Origin: Octopus bimaculoides
Lineage: Eukaryota
NCBI RefSeq assembly: GCF_001194135.2
Contig: NC_068990.1
Span: forward strand, 38,771,304-38,819,281
Reading direction: 5' to 3'
Length of the DNA stretch: 47,978 bases
Shown here in pieces: positions 1-13,124 of this stretch. Each line of letters opens with the position of its first letter. Positions within the stretch are counted from its first letter, which is position 1. The translations under genes and the position numbers were made by a program. Under the pieces are notes generated by a model. It worked only from the letters and a program-made list of their open reading frames with translations, did no database searches and was not told the DNA's origin.

Positions 1-231
1 ATTATTTTTCTTGTTTTCCTGTCTATTTTACATAGTTCGTTTAGTGTCCAGTTAAGGATGTTGTAGCTGTAGCTTATAACTGGGACAGCTAAAGTGTTGA
101 TACCCATTATCTTGTTTTTAGCATTGAGCTCTGTTTTTAGTATTGATCTAACTCGTCTATAGTACTCTTTCTTTATTTTTTCTTTCATTTGTGTATGTTG
201 TATCCTATCTAGTTCATTGACTCCTAAATAC

Positions 232-308
<77 letters not shown>

Positions 309-335
309 GTTATTATTATTATCATTATTATTATT
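232..335. repeat. (TTA)n/(TAA)n microsatellite; tail or target of the adjacent LINE
   Basis: Near-perfect TTA run directly abutting the LINE 3' terminal sequence at 336. Confidence 0.95.
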
Positions 336-1443
336 GAGTGAGAGACCAGTGCATGTCATCAAAGTGACATTGGGGTAAAATATACTGCGACTGCGTGTGA
401 GTTTATTGGGAAATTACGTTTCTAACATTCAGCTTTGAAGCCAATATTTTTCTCACTCGCCGCAGGTACTTCCCTTTTGTCTTTTACTTCATGTGTTTGA
501 TTCCATCTGCCTCAAGTATTCCCAGGTAATTATACCTGAACTGAGGTTGAATTGCCTTCATCGTTTCACCACTTGGCAATCATATGCCTTCTATTCTGAA
601 AAGCTTTCCTCGTCTCATTACCATAGTAGCACATTTTGAGAGTCCAACTCCATCTTAATATCATTGCAGAAAATCCGCAGAAACTGGACTAGCCTGTCCA
701 GTTCTGCCTCAGATTTTGTGAATAGCTTCAGGTTGTCGATGAATAGCAAGTGGTTCAGTTTTCCCTTACCTCTTCTCAGATCATAACCCACTGTGTTTTC
801 TGTAGTATTTCACTCAAGGGATCATTCCCAGAACGAAGATCAGTGGGAACACACTATTTCCCCACTGGAAGATACCTCTCTTGATTTTCATCTCTCCTAA
901 TATTTGATTCCCTGCTGTCAATTCTGTTCTCCAACATTTCATGCTGTTCCATATAAGGCTTCTCATATTTTCTGCTACTCCATACATTTCCATTGTTTTT
1001 ATCATCCAGGAATGCAGAATCATATCGTATGCTTTACCAGAGTCAACCCATGCCATGCTCAGGTTTGTGTGTGTTTTCTTGCCGTTCCTGATTATCAATA
1101 TCACTATTATCAATTAAAAGCTGATCCTTCGTTCCCCGGCTCCTCTTTCGGCACCCTTTCTGTTCAATAGGTACCAGCCCATTTTTTTTCCAGATATCTA
1201 TACAGTTCACCAGTACAAGACACCTGACATGAGTTACCACATTAGGGAAAGATACGTTATTGGTCTAAAGTTGGATGCAACATTTCCCTTTTCAGGATCC
1301 TTGGCACATAACAATGTCTTTCCCTTTGTCATCCAGCTGGGTAAAGCGCTTTTCTGCAAGTACTCATCTAGCTGCTGCGCTATAGTTTAATGGAGCAAGC
1401 TCAGCTTCATCTCAATAACCTTGGACCACAGCCAGTGCTGGGC
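336..1443 (-). mobile_element. R4/Dong-like (RLE-type) non-LTR retrotransposon: decayed, 5'-truncated RT region joined to a short 3' terminus
   Basis: Minus-strand translation across frameshifts and stops: [94 protein letters not shown] (decayed LFMDD), YNYLGILE, KYLRRVRKILASKLN. These match R4/Dong-clade RT motifs. Ends in ...ctctcactc followed by (AAT)n. Confidence 0.85.
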
Positions 1444-1879
<436 letters not shown>

Positions 1880-2738
1880 TTAATTCTGAGTATAAACCCA
1901 AAATAAGTAAAATAAAACGGAATAAATAAAATAAATAAGAACATTTCTCGCTGTAGACAAATAAAATGTAAACAAATTTACATTAAAGTGAAGAGCAACT
2001 AAATAAATTCGGTAGAATACAGATTTATCATTATTTAATAAGAAGAGTATTGACAGTGACTTCGAAGTTTCTGCTAGCTTCTCCATCATCGGTGTGTATA
2101 TATGCGCGTATATATATATATCCGTATATTGCCTGGCTTATGGTTGTACATATTTGCTGATAAGATATTTAGATATTTAGAACTTCACATCATGTACATT
2201 TGGTTAGAAATCGTTTGAACTGAATTTTTACTGAATTTTTACAGACTGCACGTTCCAGGCGGCATATTAAACACTAGGATATGTACAAGGTACAAATTTT
2301 TCAAACATATGCACTTTGCTTTATCGATTGTTTCACTATCGAATTGCGATTAATTTTAAAATGATAATAATAGGAAGTGTGATCGTTTTTTTTTTTCTAT
2401 GAAATACGCGGGTATATACCATAAAAGCTTAAAGTCATTTAGTTTAATGGGAAACAGAATACATTAAATATATGGTATATTGAAACATTACTGAATGTCT
2501 GGGAAATAGTGATACTTGCACATTTTAATATATAGCTAAACGTCAAATACACATGCAAGCACTTTCACACCCACATATTCATTTATACATACATAAATAA
2601 GCATTCGAACATACCATATACACAAATATGCATATGCCTATCCTTATCGGCATACATGTGTATATGTTTGTGTGTATATACATTCATGTATGCTTATATA
2701 CATCAAATAATACATTCCCATAGACATATATACACGTT

Positions 2739-2739
<1 letters not shown>

Positions 2740-2802
<63 letters not shown>

Positions 2803-3014
2803 NNNNNNNNNNNNNNNNNNNNNNNNNNNNNNNNNNNNNNNNNNNNNNNNNNNNNNNNNNNNNNNNNNNNNNNNNNNNNNNNNNNNNNNNNNNNNNNNNN
2901 NNNNNNNNNNNNNNNNNNNNNNNNNNNNNNNNNNNNNNNNNNNNNNNNNNNNNNNNNNNNNNNNNNNNNNNNNNNNNNNNNNNNNNNNNNNNNNNNNNNN
3001 NNNNNNNNNNNNNN

Positions 3015-3070
<56 letters not shown>
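2740..3070. repeat. (CA)n / N-gap / (CT)n
   Basis: Dinucleotide runs flank the N gap at 2803-3014. Confidence 0.9.
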
Positions 3071-3073
<3 letters not shown>

Positions 3074-5143
3074 ATAGTGAAAAACGAAGCTTATGGAATT
3101 CTTACTTAATATCATAATTCACGTGCTTGTTTATTCTAGAAACAGTTGTAAGGGACTGTCTATTTATATTCTCTAGCAGAAGTAAATATTTTTCCAGCTA
3201 TACCAATTGTTTTGCTTTTCCATCTATTTACACCCGCTCAAGGAGAAACCACTTTTAGCCGCTTTGACATGCATTCTCAGCACCACATTTTTCAATTGCA
3301 GTTCGAACCAGAGTTGTGGCAAACCAAACTGAGCACTCAATACATACAATAGTTGATAAAAACTATCTGTCTATCTGTCTATCCACACGCGCGCGCGCGA
3401 ATGTGATGTGGAGAGCTTACCAGTTTGTGCCACTAGTGACTGTTTCCTACTAGTAAAAGTTAATTCACAAAAATCTGTCACATAGTCGGATCCTCAGGGG
3501 CAAGCCATGGGAGAATAGTTGCTTCAAATCCTACAGCTCAAATATAGGAGCTCTTAGCATAACGGTTGCACCGAATATAATATTAACTAACATACGGATA
3601 CATAGAAATATTCGAGCTGGTGAACGAGCAAATTGTAAGGCCAGTACGAATGATAGAAAGCCTAATGGTTCTTAGACATGATGTAGACAGCTTGTCTACA
3701 GAACATCCACTAGCTGAGGCCTATGTATGATATGATCTGCAATCAGATATAATACATAACGATCTTCGTATTCAATTTGTTTCTTGTGATTTCACTCACG
3801 GTTACATAAACCACTGTGATGTGGAAGACGTATTACTTTTATTAAAGATATAATATATTTTGTTTATTCACTGGTGTAGCTTGGTAATATCTTTGTCACT
3901 TGACTGTACATTAAGTAGCAATGGTGAAAACAATATCTGGTCTTGGTAACGTGTAAAAGAACATTGAATACGACAATGCATTGCACTAACATGCACGCTA
4001 GAGTTTCGGTTACCTGCCTGTACCCTTGCAGCATTTGGACAGAATCTGTACTTCTAGGCCCCAGAGGGCTTCGATCATTCTCATTTTTTCTCTGTATAGT
4101 TTGTCATGTGTGATGTTGAGACAGCACCTCGTTTAATAATGTTTTCGCGAAGTGATACAATGTATCTGCTTATGCAGCCGCTACCGCTTGCTTGCTTTTT
4201 GCTGATTGAGTATGTTTTTTTTTTTGGGGGGGGGGGTATTCAGCTAATTCACACGTTTCCTCCATGGGTGGTTTACCGATTGTTCATACTGGATGGTATT
4301 AAATTCTATCGTATATGTGCATATGCGTTGTATGTATGTATGTGTTTGGATGTGTGTTTATGGATATGTATGTATATCTATATATAAGACAAACAACCTA
4401 TTCTAAGCAACACAATTTTTTAACACAGAGTGAAGACCAGTAACAGCTGTACGATAAATATCACAGTCGCAAAGCAAGTGGAAAATGCTAAATATAGCTG
4501 TAGGACTATTAACGTATACCTTTCTTGGGAAGGTTTGCATATGAGGCGAATGGTAAATCATATAGATAACTTAATAGTTTTGAAGAAAGGTAACGTTATA
4601 GTTGAGGTCATTTCCTTCATCATAGAACGACTTTTATTAAAGTGTAAGAAAGAGGACTGTCGGAAACTTATCTTGATATCACTGGCTTATCTTGATACAA
4701 ATTTTATAGAATTTTAACGCATAGCACGCTCTAGATTAATGCGGCAAGACAATGCCAAATTTAAAATTCACTGAGCCATGAGACATAAATAGATACTTTA
4801 AAAGCATTAAGACCAACCTGAAGTTTACAGCTCTCATGCGCATGAAAATTATTGCCATTGATATTCTCGTGAGTACAATACCAGTCCAGCTACAAGTAGG
4901 GGCCCAAGTATGGCATTGGAGAGGAAAGCATTTAACATAGAACAGGAACTGCGGTGAATTGGTTTGGTAAAATCGTTAGAATGTTGGATGAAATGTATGT
5001 GGTATTTAGTGATAAGATTTTTTCAATTTCAGTTAAAATTTGGTTTGCATTTTTCCAGGATCGATAAAATTGAGTAGAAATCATTTACGATTTTCCTAAA
5101 TTTAAAGAACATTTTAATTTAATGCAAAGTAAGATAAAAATCA

Positions 5144-5330
5144 ACCGCGTAAATATTGGTTTCACATTTTGGCACAATGCCACCAATTTGGGGGAAGAGG
5201 CAAGGTCTATTACATCGACGTCAGTGTTCAACTCGTACTTACTTTTTCGATCTCGAAAGCATGAAAGGCAATGTCGACATCAGAACGTAAAGACTGACCA
5301 AAATACTGCTAAACTTTTTGTCTGATGCGG
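5144..5330 (-). mobile_element. tRNA-derived SINE, degenerate copy 1 of a tandem trio
   Basis: Similar to the copies at 5371, 5618, 25001 and 42954 (tattacatcgac...gtacttac...tcga...gaaaggc...gtcgac). Confidence 0.7.
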
Positions 5331-5370
5331 TTATCATTCAGCCAGGTCACAGCCTTATGCAATCACATAA

Positions 5371-5579
5371 AAATCAGTTTCAAATTTTGGCACAAGGCCA
5401 GCAATTTCGGGGAGGGGCTAAATCGATTACATCGAATTTAGTGTTGAACTGCTACTTATTTTATCGACTCTGAAAGGTAAAGTCGACCTCGGCGGAATTT
5501 GAACTTAGAACGTAGCGGCAGACGAAATACCGCTATGCATTTCGCCTGGCGGGCTAACGATTCTGCCAGCTCACCGCTT
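5371..5579 (-). mobile_element. tRNA-derived SINE, near full-length copy 2
   Basis: Minus strand begins gcggtgagctggcagaatcgttagc (A-box-like TGGCAGAATCG) and has B-box-like GTTCAAATTCC; body shared with other copies in the window. Confidence 0.85.
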
Positions 5580-5617
5580 TTGTTTCTACAAAGGTTTCTA
5601 CAAACTCGCAACCTTCG

Positions 5618-5773
5618 ACCGCGTAAATATTGGTTTCAAATTTTGTCACAAGGCCAGCAATTTCAGTGGTGGGGAGGGATAAGTCGATTACATCGACCCC
5701 AGTACTCGGCTAGTGCTTATTTTATCGACTCCGAGAAGACGAAAGGTAAAGTCGACCTCGGACGAAATGCTGC
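5618..5773 (-). mobile_element. tRNA-derived SINE, copy 3 (interrupted by N gap)
   Basis: Shares gtcgattacatcgacc...ttattttatcgact...aaaggtaaagtcgacctcgg with copy 2. Confidence 0.8.
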
Positions 5774-6069
5774 NNNNNNNNNNNNNNNNNNNNNNNNNNN
5801 NNNNNNNNNNNNNNNNNNNNNNNNNNNNNNNNNNNNNNNNNNNNNNNNNNNNNNNNNNNNNNNNNNNNNNNNNNNNNNNNNNNNNNNNNNNNNNNNNNNN
5901 NNNNNNNNNNNNNNNNNNNNNNNNNNNNNNNNNNNNNNNNNNNNNNNNNNNNNNNNNNNNNNNNNNNNNNNNNNNNNNNNNNNNNNNNNNNNNNNNNNNN
6001 NNNNNNNNNNNGAGAAATGAAAAAGTGTTTTACATCAATGAATTTATGCTACTCCACAAGAAAGCATTG

Positions 6070-6350
6070 CATCTCTCTCTCTCTCTCTCTCGCTCTCGCT
6101 CTCTCTCGCTCTCCCGCTCTCTCTCGCTCTCTCTCACTCTCTCTCGCTCTCTCTCTCTCGCTCTCTCTCTCGCTCTCTCTCTCTCTCGCTCTCGCTCTCT
6201 CCCACCATCCTTCTCTGAATTTCTCTTTCTCTCTCTTTTTTTTCTCACCCTTTTTCTCTCTTTCTCTCTCCATCTCTTTCTTTCTCCCTCTCTATCTCCC
6301 TTACCCTCTCTGCCTCTCTCCCTCTCACCCTTACCCCCCCTCTCTCTTTC
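6070..6350. repeat. (CT)n/CTCG polypyrimidine microsatellite
   Basis: Read directly; source of the ER/SL-repeat ORFs. Confidence 0.9.
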
Positions 6351-6907
6351 CTTCATGAGTTGTTTCTAGAACGTGTTTTCCCGTAATAATATATTTATCA
6401 TTTAAATAATTTATCACTCTGCGGTATATCAAACTAGTATCACTCACTTATTTGCTCAAATGAATTGTTTAAAATTTAGCCAAAGATCGACCGTTTTTAT
6501 GCCAAGAAATCGATTCACTAATAACAATTGTATGGTAAAAATATGCTTTGATATATGTATATACACATGCACAGACATTATAGATACTCGCGCGCGCACA
6601 AACACACATACACACACACAAGCATAGTCACATAAACATATATATATAATAATGATAACAGCAGAAAACGTAATTGGCATTTTAAGCTTTATAAGGCATG
6701 CACGTGCTTCATCAACTCGTCTGTCATTATTATGTAAGGCAATTAGCCAGATGTCATAATACATTCGATTACCTCCTCCGAATTCGCAGTCCTTAAACCA
6801 TCAGTTACGTGCCACACGTTTCTGTACCCTGGGGGACACAGCTACTCTTTTGAGGCGGAGCTCCAGCTCATACGACTAGAAACGCTAAGCGGATAAAGGG
6901 TAAATAC

Positions 6908-6956
<49 letters not shown>

Positions 6957-7600
6957 NNNNNNNNNNNNNNNNNNNNNNNNNNNNNNNNNNNNNNNNNNNN
7001 NNNNNNNNNNNNNNNNNNNNNNNNNNNNNNNNNNNNNNNNNNNNNNNNNNNNNNNNNNNNNNNNNNNNNNNNNNNNNNNNNNNNNNNNNNNNNNNNNNNN
7101 NNNNNNNNNNNNNNNNNNNNNNNNNNNNNNNNNNNNNNNNNNNNNNNNNNNNNNNNNNNNNNNNNNNNNNNNNNNNNNNNNNNNNNNNNNNNNNNNNNNN
7201 NNNNNNNNNNNNNNNNNNNNNNNNNNNNNNNNNNNNNNNNNNNNNNNNNNNNNNNNNNNNNNNNNNNNNNNNNNNNNNNNNNNNNNNNNNNNNNNNNNNN
7301 NNNNNNNNNNNNNNNNNNNNNNNNNNNNNNNNNNNNNNNNNNNNNNNNNNNNNNNNNNNNNNNNNNNNNNNNNNNNNNNNNNNATATTATATAAGATTAT
7401 ATATATAATATATTTATTTTTAATCGTTCCTGAAGATATTTTTTAAACCTCAGAATAATAAAAGAATATATTCATACGTTTTTCTTTTCGTTTCATGAAA
7501 CTTAGTTTGTGCGCATGCGTGCTCACGTCCGCGCTCTCTTTCTCTCTCTGTCTCTGTCTCTCTTTTTCTTCCTCTGTCTCTCTATCTATCTTTCTCTCTC

Positions 7601-7655
<55 letters not shown>

Positions 7656-8329
7656 CACTTATATATATTAAGTGAAGGTTGAATGACCGAGTGTACTTGT
7701 TAAAGTGGAAGAAACCTAAAATTTCCTAGCTATAACATAAAATAAGTACTATATTTTGTCTTTAGTCAGTGTATAATTGTATTATTAACTAATTCTTCTA
7801 GTAGGAACGTCTTTAATGCTTATGCAGTCAAACTAGACTTAACACGTAAGTGAAGCCAGTATTTGCAAATATCCATTGTTAACTTGCTTATGATTGCTCA
7901 TCAACGGTGAGGACAGCGTCTAGCCCGAGACATTCATCATCTTCCGTCTCCAGCACGTTGTATCTCAAGGGAGTGGACGTGGTACCCTCTTTGGCCCTGA
8001 AGACACTGAATGTGATCCCTAACAATAGTCCCAGAGGAATGAGGATGATATCTTCTTTTTTCATACTGTTTCCACTCCAGCATCAAACACGTATCTCTAT
8101 ACCTTCCGATTAACAACCTGAGCCTCAAATAGTACTCTCAGGTTTTGAGGAGGATTGGAACCATCTCTTAATCACTATTGTTCCCAGGTTTATTCTGAAC
8201 CGGAATAGTAGCATCTGTTAGGGTCCCGGCTATGGGTTAACTAGCATATTGATTAAGCTCTGCCTTAATTTCCTTCACCAAAACCAGAACAGTTCTAACA
8301 TCTGCCGAATATCTTGGTCATACACCATC

Positions 8330-8490
8330 TACGTCTGTCGGACATTCGGTGGCAAGTTGTGCCTTTTGTGCCACTGTTAGCTATAACAGGACAAGGCAAT
8401 GATGGCTGGCTATAAAGGCTCCTGACTACATACCGTGGACCCGGCATCCCCAATCCCTTGCCACTGGGCCAGTCGCGGATAAACATATAT
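8330..8490 (-). mobile_element. Highly decayed tRNA-headed SINE
   Basis: Minus strand starts gcgactggcccagtggcaagggattgggg (A-box-like); the body is poorly conserved. Confidence 0.3.
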
Positions 8491-9233
8491 ATGCATTGTA
8501 TCAACAAAGTGTCATTGTGTGTATTTAGCGTATTATGATATGCCAACACGGAAGCAGCATAGTGCAGACGGTACGATAATGGCGAATACCGCTTACATTT
8601 ATGCACATACACACACACACTTCAACTCACAATTGAATAACATTAGGCTACAGTACAAGAATTCTCCGATATTCCAAACAGGTAGCAGATAAGAAAAACT
8701 TTCTGAACCATAAAGTATGTCTGTATACAAGCGTGACTAAATTTCGAACCAGGATTCTGTCTACCTGTTAGTTATACTACATTGGTTTGATAAATAGCTT
8801 CAGAAATACGTGAATTAATTGTCTTTCAAATAAGAAAAAAACAAAATAGCTCATAATTCCGGCGTGAAGTAATGTTGGATCAATCTCGAAGTATCAAACT
8901 CTTAGTATCAGAAAAGTAAACTATGAACTGAAGGGCATACACACTGGCATACAAATATATAAACTTATAAGTATATGCAAGCACACACATATACATCCGC
9001 ACATATACACGGAGACCAATATATCCATACGCACAAAAACACGACCATAAACGAATTCAGACGAAGAAATATATAAATACCTTTTTATATACATACATGC
9101 GCACACACGCACACACACAAACATACATATACACAAACATGCATACATATATACATACATGCTTATATCCATATACGTATGCATATATGTTTGTAGACAC
9201 ACACGTGTGTGTGTGTATGTCTGTGTGTGTGCG

Positions 9234-9276
<43 letters not shown>

Positions 9277-9724
9277 GTGCAGGAGGTGAAAAGAAAATAC
9301 AATTCATACTTCTCTCTTATATTGTTTTCGCATGCGAACTAAGTGAAGGGTTTTAACTGATATTTGATTGATCAAGACGTTATGTTTCCTGATCAATGAT
9401 CGATAATGTTATTTCTTTCCATCAATATCTCATTCATATCAATAAACAATCAAATAACAACGCAAGAAATGAAATAAACAAACAAAAAAAAACATCGTAA
9501 CAGACTTTCAATTTCACTTTCATCCATTTAATTAATTCCCTTTCGGACAATTTGGTAATATATGTGTATATATGTATATATGCATATATATGTGAACACA
9601 TATATATATATATACACATATTTATATACATTTATATACATATATAACAATCTATCACGCATAAATGTATGTCTTTATGTGTATGTATATGTACAAAATG
9701 TATGTATGTACTTATGTATGTATG

Positions 9725-9767
<43 letters not shown>

Positions 9768-10886
9768 GCACATTTATATATACACATGCACAAACATACA
9801 AATATATATGTACGTACGCTTTAAAAGTAAACACACACACACAAACACACACTTATATATACATATGCTTATGCAGAAACACAAAGACAACCAATTTCAC
9901 ACTCATACGAATGTATATACGTATTTTTGTGTGTATGTATGTGTAGGCAAGTTTGTGAGTAATTAGTATGTATGTATGTGTGTGCCTGTAATGCATATAT
10001 ATGTGTACTTCGTCTCCTCCATCCTGATGGTCAAGCATAACCAGGCTACAGCTGACCAGCAGACGTTAAGTAAATGATAAAAGTGTTAATTTTGCAACGA
10101 AATCCGAAACTCGTCGAAAGCAATTGCAACAACAGAAGTGTCCAAATACACTCACTTGATAGTATATTGGCAGACAATTTGTAGAACCGTTACCAAAATA
10201 AAGGTCAAGTTGATTTGAAGTAATACCTGCAGCAAAATAACCATGTAATATGATCTGCGAATGCAGAGTTCTTGTGAGAATTCTTCAGCTTTTAGAAATT
10301 AGATCGATATTGTAATATCATTTGATCTATGCCAGCTTTTAAACAGAAGGTTCATGGAAACAATTGACCTTTTAAGATTAATTTTCAATCAGTATTTTTT
10401 CATGTATTTATTGCATTTATTTATTTGTTTATTGCTATCTTCCCAACCGCCATGACCATTTCTACCATCACAGCAAACAGTAACAACAGCGCTATCATTA
10501 TTATCTTTATTAAAATCTACATCACCGACATCATCATCATTATCATTGTTCTCGTCGTCATCATCGCCATGATGATGATGATGATGATGATGATCATCAT
10601 CATCATCATCATCATCATCATTATCATCGTCATCATCATCATCATCTGCGTTCTTGACATCTGTCATCTGCTGATTCATCTATTTGTTTTAATCTTTCGC
10701 GATGTTTCTAGTTAAATATTGACCAGTGGTATAACTTTCCGAGTAAGTCGAGACGTGTGAAGGTGGTGCAGTTGGCTGGCATATTGCTTCACACAATACA
10801 CTATAACAGCTGTGTGAAGAAGTATGCGTGGCCATCTGGCTTTAATATCTGCGTCTACATATATACATTGTTTTATCTATTTCATT

Positions 10887-10917
<31 letters not shown>

Positions 10918-11479
10918 NNNNNNNNNNNNNNNNNNNNNNNNNNNNNNNNNNNNNNNNNNNNNNNNNNNNNNNNATATATATGCATGTACGTGTGTATATA
11001 TGTATATAGGATAGGACTTTAACTCTATCTGTAACATTTATTTAATCAAAATGGCTAAAGTAGGCGATTTCCAGAATTTACTATTCATCACGAATATTGC
11101 AATATACTCGCCTAGACTCTCGAGACTGAGTACCCAATTTCGTAAACGTACCTTTGTGTGTATGTGTGTGTGTGCGTGTATGTGTGTGTATGTGTGTGTG
11201 TGTTTGCGTGTGTGTGTGCGTGTGCTTGCATGCGTGTGTGTGTGTGTGTGTGTTTGCGTGTTCATTAATGTGAGAGTCTCTGATAGAGACTCTCACATTG
11301 ACTCTCGTGGATGATAAACGAAATATTCAATCAGGTGCTCATCATAGTCCTTGAATTTATGCGCATCTGAATATTTCACACGCACATGTACCCTTAATGC
11401 AATACCCAAATGATAGCTGCGAAGGGTGGCTAGGATAGACATTCCAATTACATGTATTGTCCGTTAGAACAATTTGCAT

Positions 11480-11600
11480 CAACAGTTTTATTCTCAGGAC
11501 TTGGGTTGACAAGAGGCTATAATAGATATACTTTTCTAATATTCCTTGGAGGTGGAATCTAAACTGGGACTTCGTGGTTGTGAAGCGAACTTCCAAACCA
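11480..11600 (-). mobile_element. Decayed SINE of a second family
   Basis: Reverse complement resembles the plus-strand copy at 39165 (ggtt..gaagttcgcttc.caaccac... head, then ...tatagcctc...). Confidence 0.5.
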
Positions 11601-11909
11601 CTCAGGCAGGCTGGCGTCATCTAGTTTTGTGGCCCAATGTTTAGGATCTTGGGTTAATAATTGTGAGATTATGCAAGGGATTTCTTGGTCTGCGAGCCAA
11701 ATTATGCTGTTGATCAAGGTACTTCAATTCACATTGCTTAGGTCTATTCAGGTGAAATGTGTAGCTGGTGGGTGCTAATGCATCCGTCTCTTCTTTTAGA
11801 AGTGACGGTTGCGCTAGCATTTGCCAGCATCTTGGTTGTTCTGCTATTCAAGAGAGTGTGTTTCTTTTATACAATTTATTTTTGGACAGAAAAATATATT
11901 TTACATTGT

Positions 11910-11955
<46 letters not shown>

Positions 11956-12349
11956 ACACACACACACACACGCACTAACACACATATATATCACTTTAGT
12001 TATGTTGCTTTCTTTCGTTCTTATTATTGATATCTCAAGTTGAATTTAGTTAATGTTGCACGTAACAAACCAGCTCCAGGAAAAGTACAAATTTTGAACG
12101 AATAATGTCTCAAGACGGATTTCTCCAGTATTTTCCACTGAAAATGTAGAAGGAAAATGTCATACTTTGGTTTTGCAAATTGTAAAAAGATGGCTATCCT
12201 AAGTATAGCTGGATATGCATTACCTTGACTGGGTCAAACATTTTAGAGAAGCATGCCTGGAGCTTGAAACTTAGGATTATCCGGGAAGTCAGGCAAGGTT
12301 CGTGTGTAATATGTAGTAAGTTGTGCCAGTATATGGACAAAAGAAACTA

Positions 12350-13120
12350 ATGAGTGGCAGTAGAGGCATCTGCGCAATTCTGGACTGATGCTGCAGTAAC
12401 AGCGACTCTACCATCGGACATTACTTTTAGAATGATCAGAGCAGGAGTAAATGTACAATGAAACACATCTTTCTCAATAATCAACAACAATGCCAGGAAA
12501 AGTGAAACGAGGTGTGTTCGACGGCGCACCTAATACTCCGATTAGAACCCGACTTTCTGCATGGCACTAACATATCATTTGTAGCAATAGGGTAAAAAAT
12601 GGTGTACAAGAAATAAGGCAAGACTCTCATGGAAACTAACTAGGGATGGCCAGAGTAAAACTAAAAATGTTTGTACATTTGCTCTGTGACTTACAATACT
12701 ATTCGACGGCATATATATGTCCTGAGCCGCAAACCTACCGACAAGCACAGATTTATCATTTTCCAGCGCATTGTATTCCTTTAGAATGAAATCGACTACT
12801 TGCACATCCGTGGTAGCCGATCCTATATTAGAGATAACATCTGCGTACGCCGTCTCCTGAACCTTGAAAGAGTTACACTTAAGAAATTGTATCTTCCGTA
12901 GTAATGGCTCTAGAGCTAGCAAGTGTAGAAGAGGCAAAAGGTGAGACCGCTGTGAGACTCAGCGCGTGATATGAAACGGTTCTGAGAGGAATTTAAGCCT
13001 TCACTTTGATCACCAAGCATGTACTATAGCATATTACAGTGATCGTGATCTAACTTCTGGAAACGGATCTATAATTGGCTGGTAAGGGGTTATGATCGAT
13101 CCAATCGAAAACTTCCACTG
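12350..13120 (-). mobile_element. Tx1/L1-clade LINE, decayed RT core
   Basis: Minus strand: VFDWIDH (AFDRVDH), LSEPFHITR*VSQRSHLLPLLHLLALEPLL (RQGCPLSPLLYVLALEPLL), TAYADV (YADD), LKEY...KSV...MPSNS. The 120-aa ORF 12575-12937 and the ORF 12347-12529 are in the same frame. Confidence 0.85.
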
Positions 13121-13124
13121 CTTA

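Noticed and set aside
4013-4120. Minus-strand peptide ITHDKLYREKMRMIEALW..CC resembling a Gypsy integrase zinc finger
   Set aside because: The HHCC spacing is not met and there is no neighbouring Gypsy sequence.
5371-5579. tRNA genes at SINE heads (also 25001, 39165, 42954)
   Set aside because: A/B-box-like motifs continue into shared SINE bodies and no cloverleaf is evident.
10717-10760. Hammerhead-like ttgacca...cgagacgtgt (similar cases near 25734 and 39730)
   Set aside because: Core nucleotides are mutated at several positions and the stems do not form.
12575-12937. 120-aa minus-strand ORF as a host gene exon
   Set aside because: It contains decayed L1/Tx1 RT motifs (LALEPLL, YAD, MPSNS) and in-frame stops follow.
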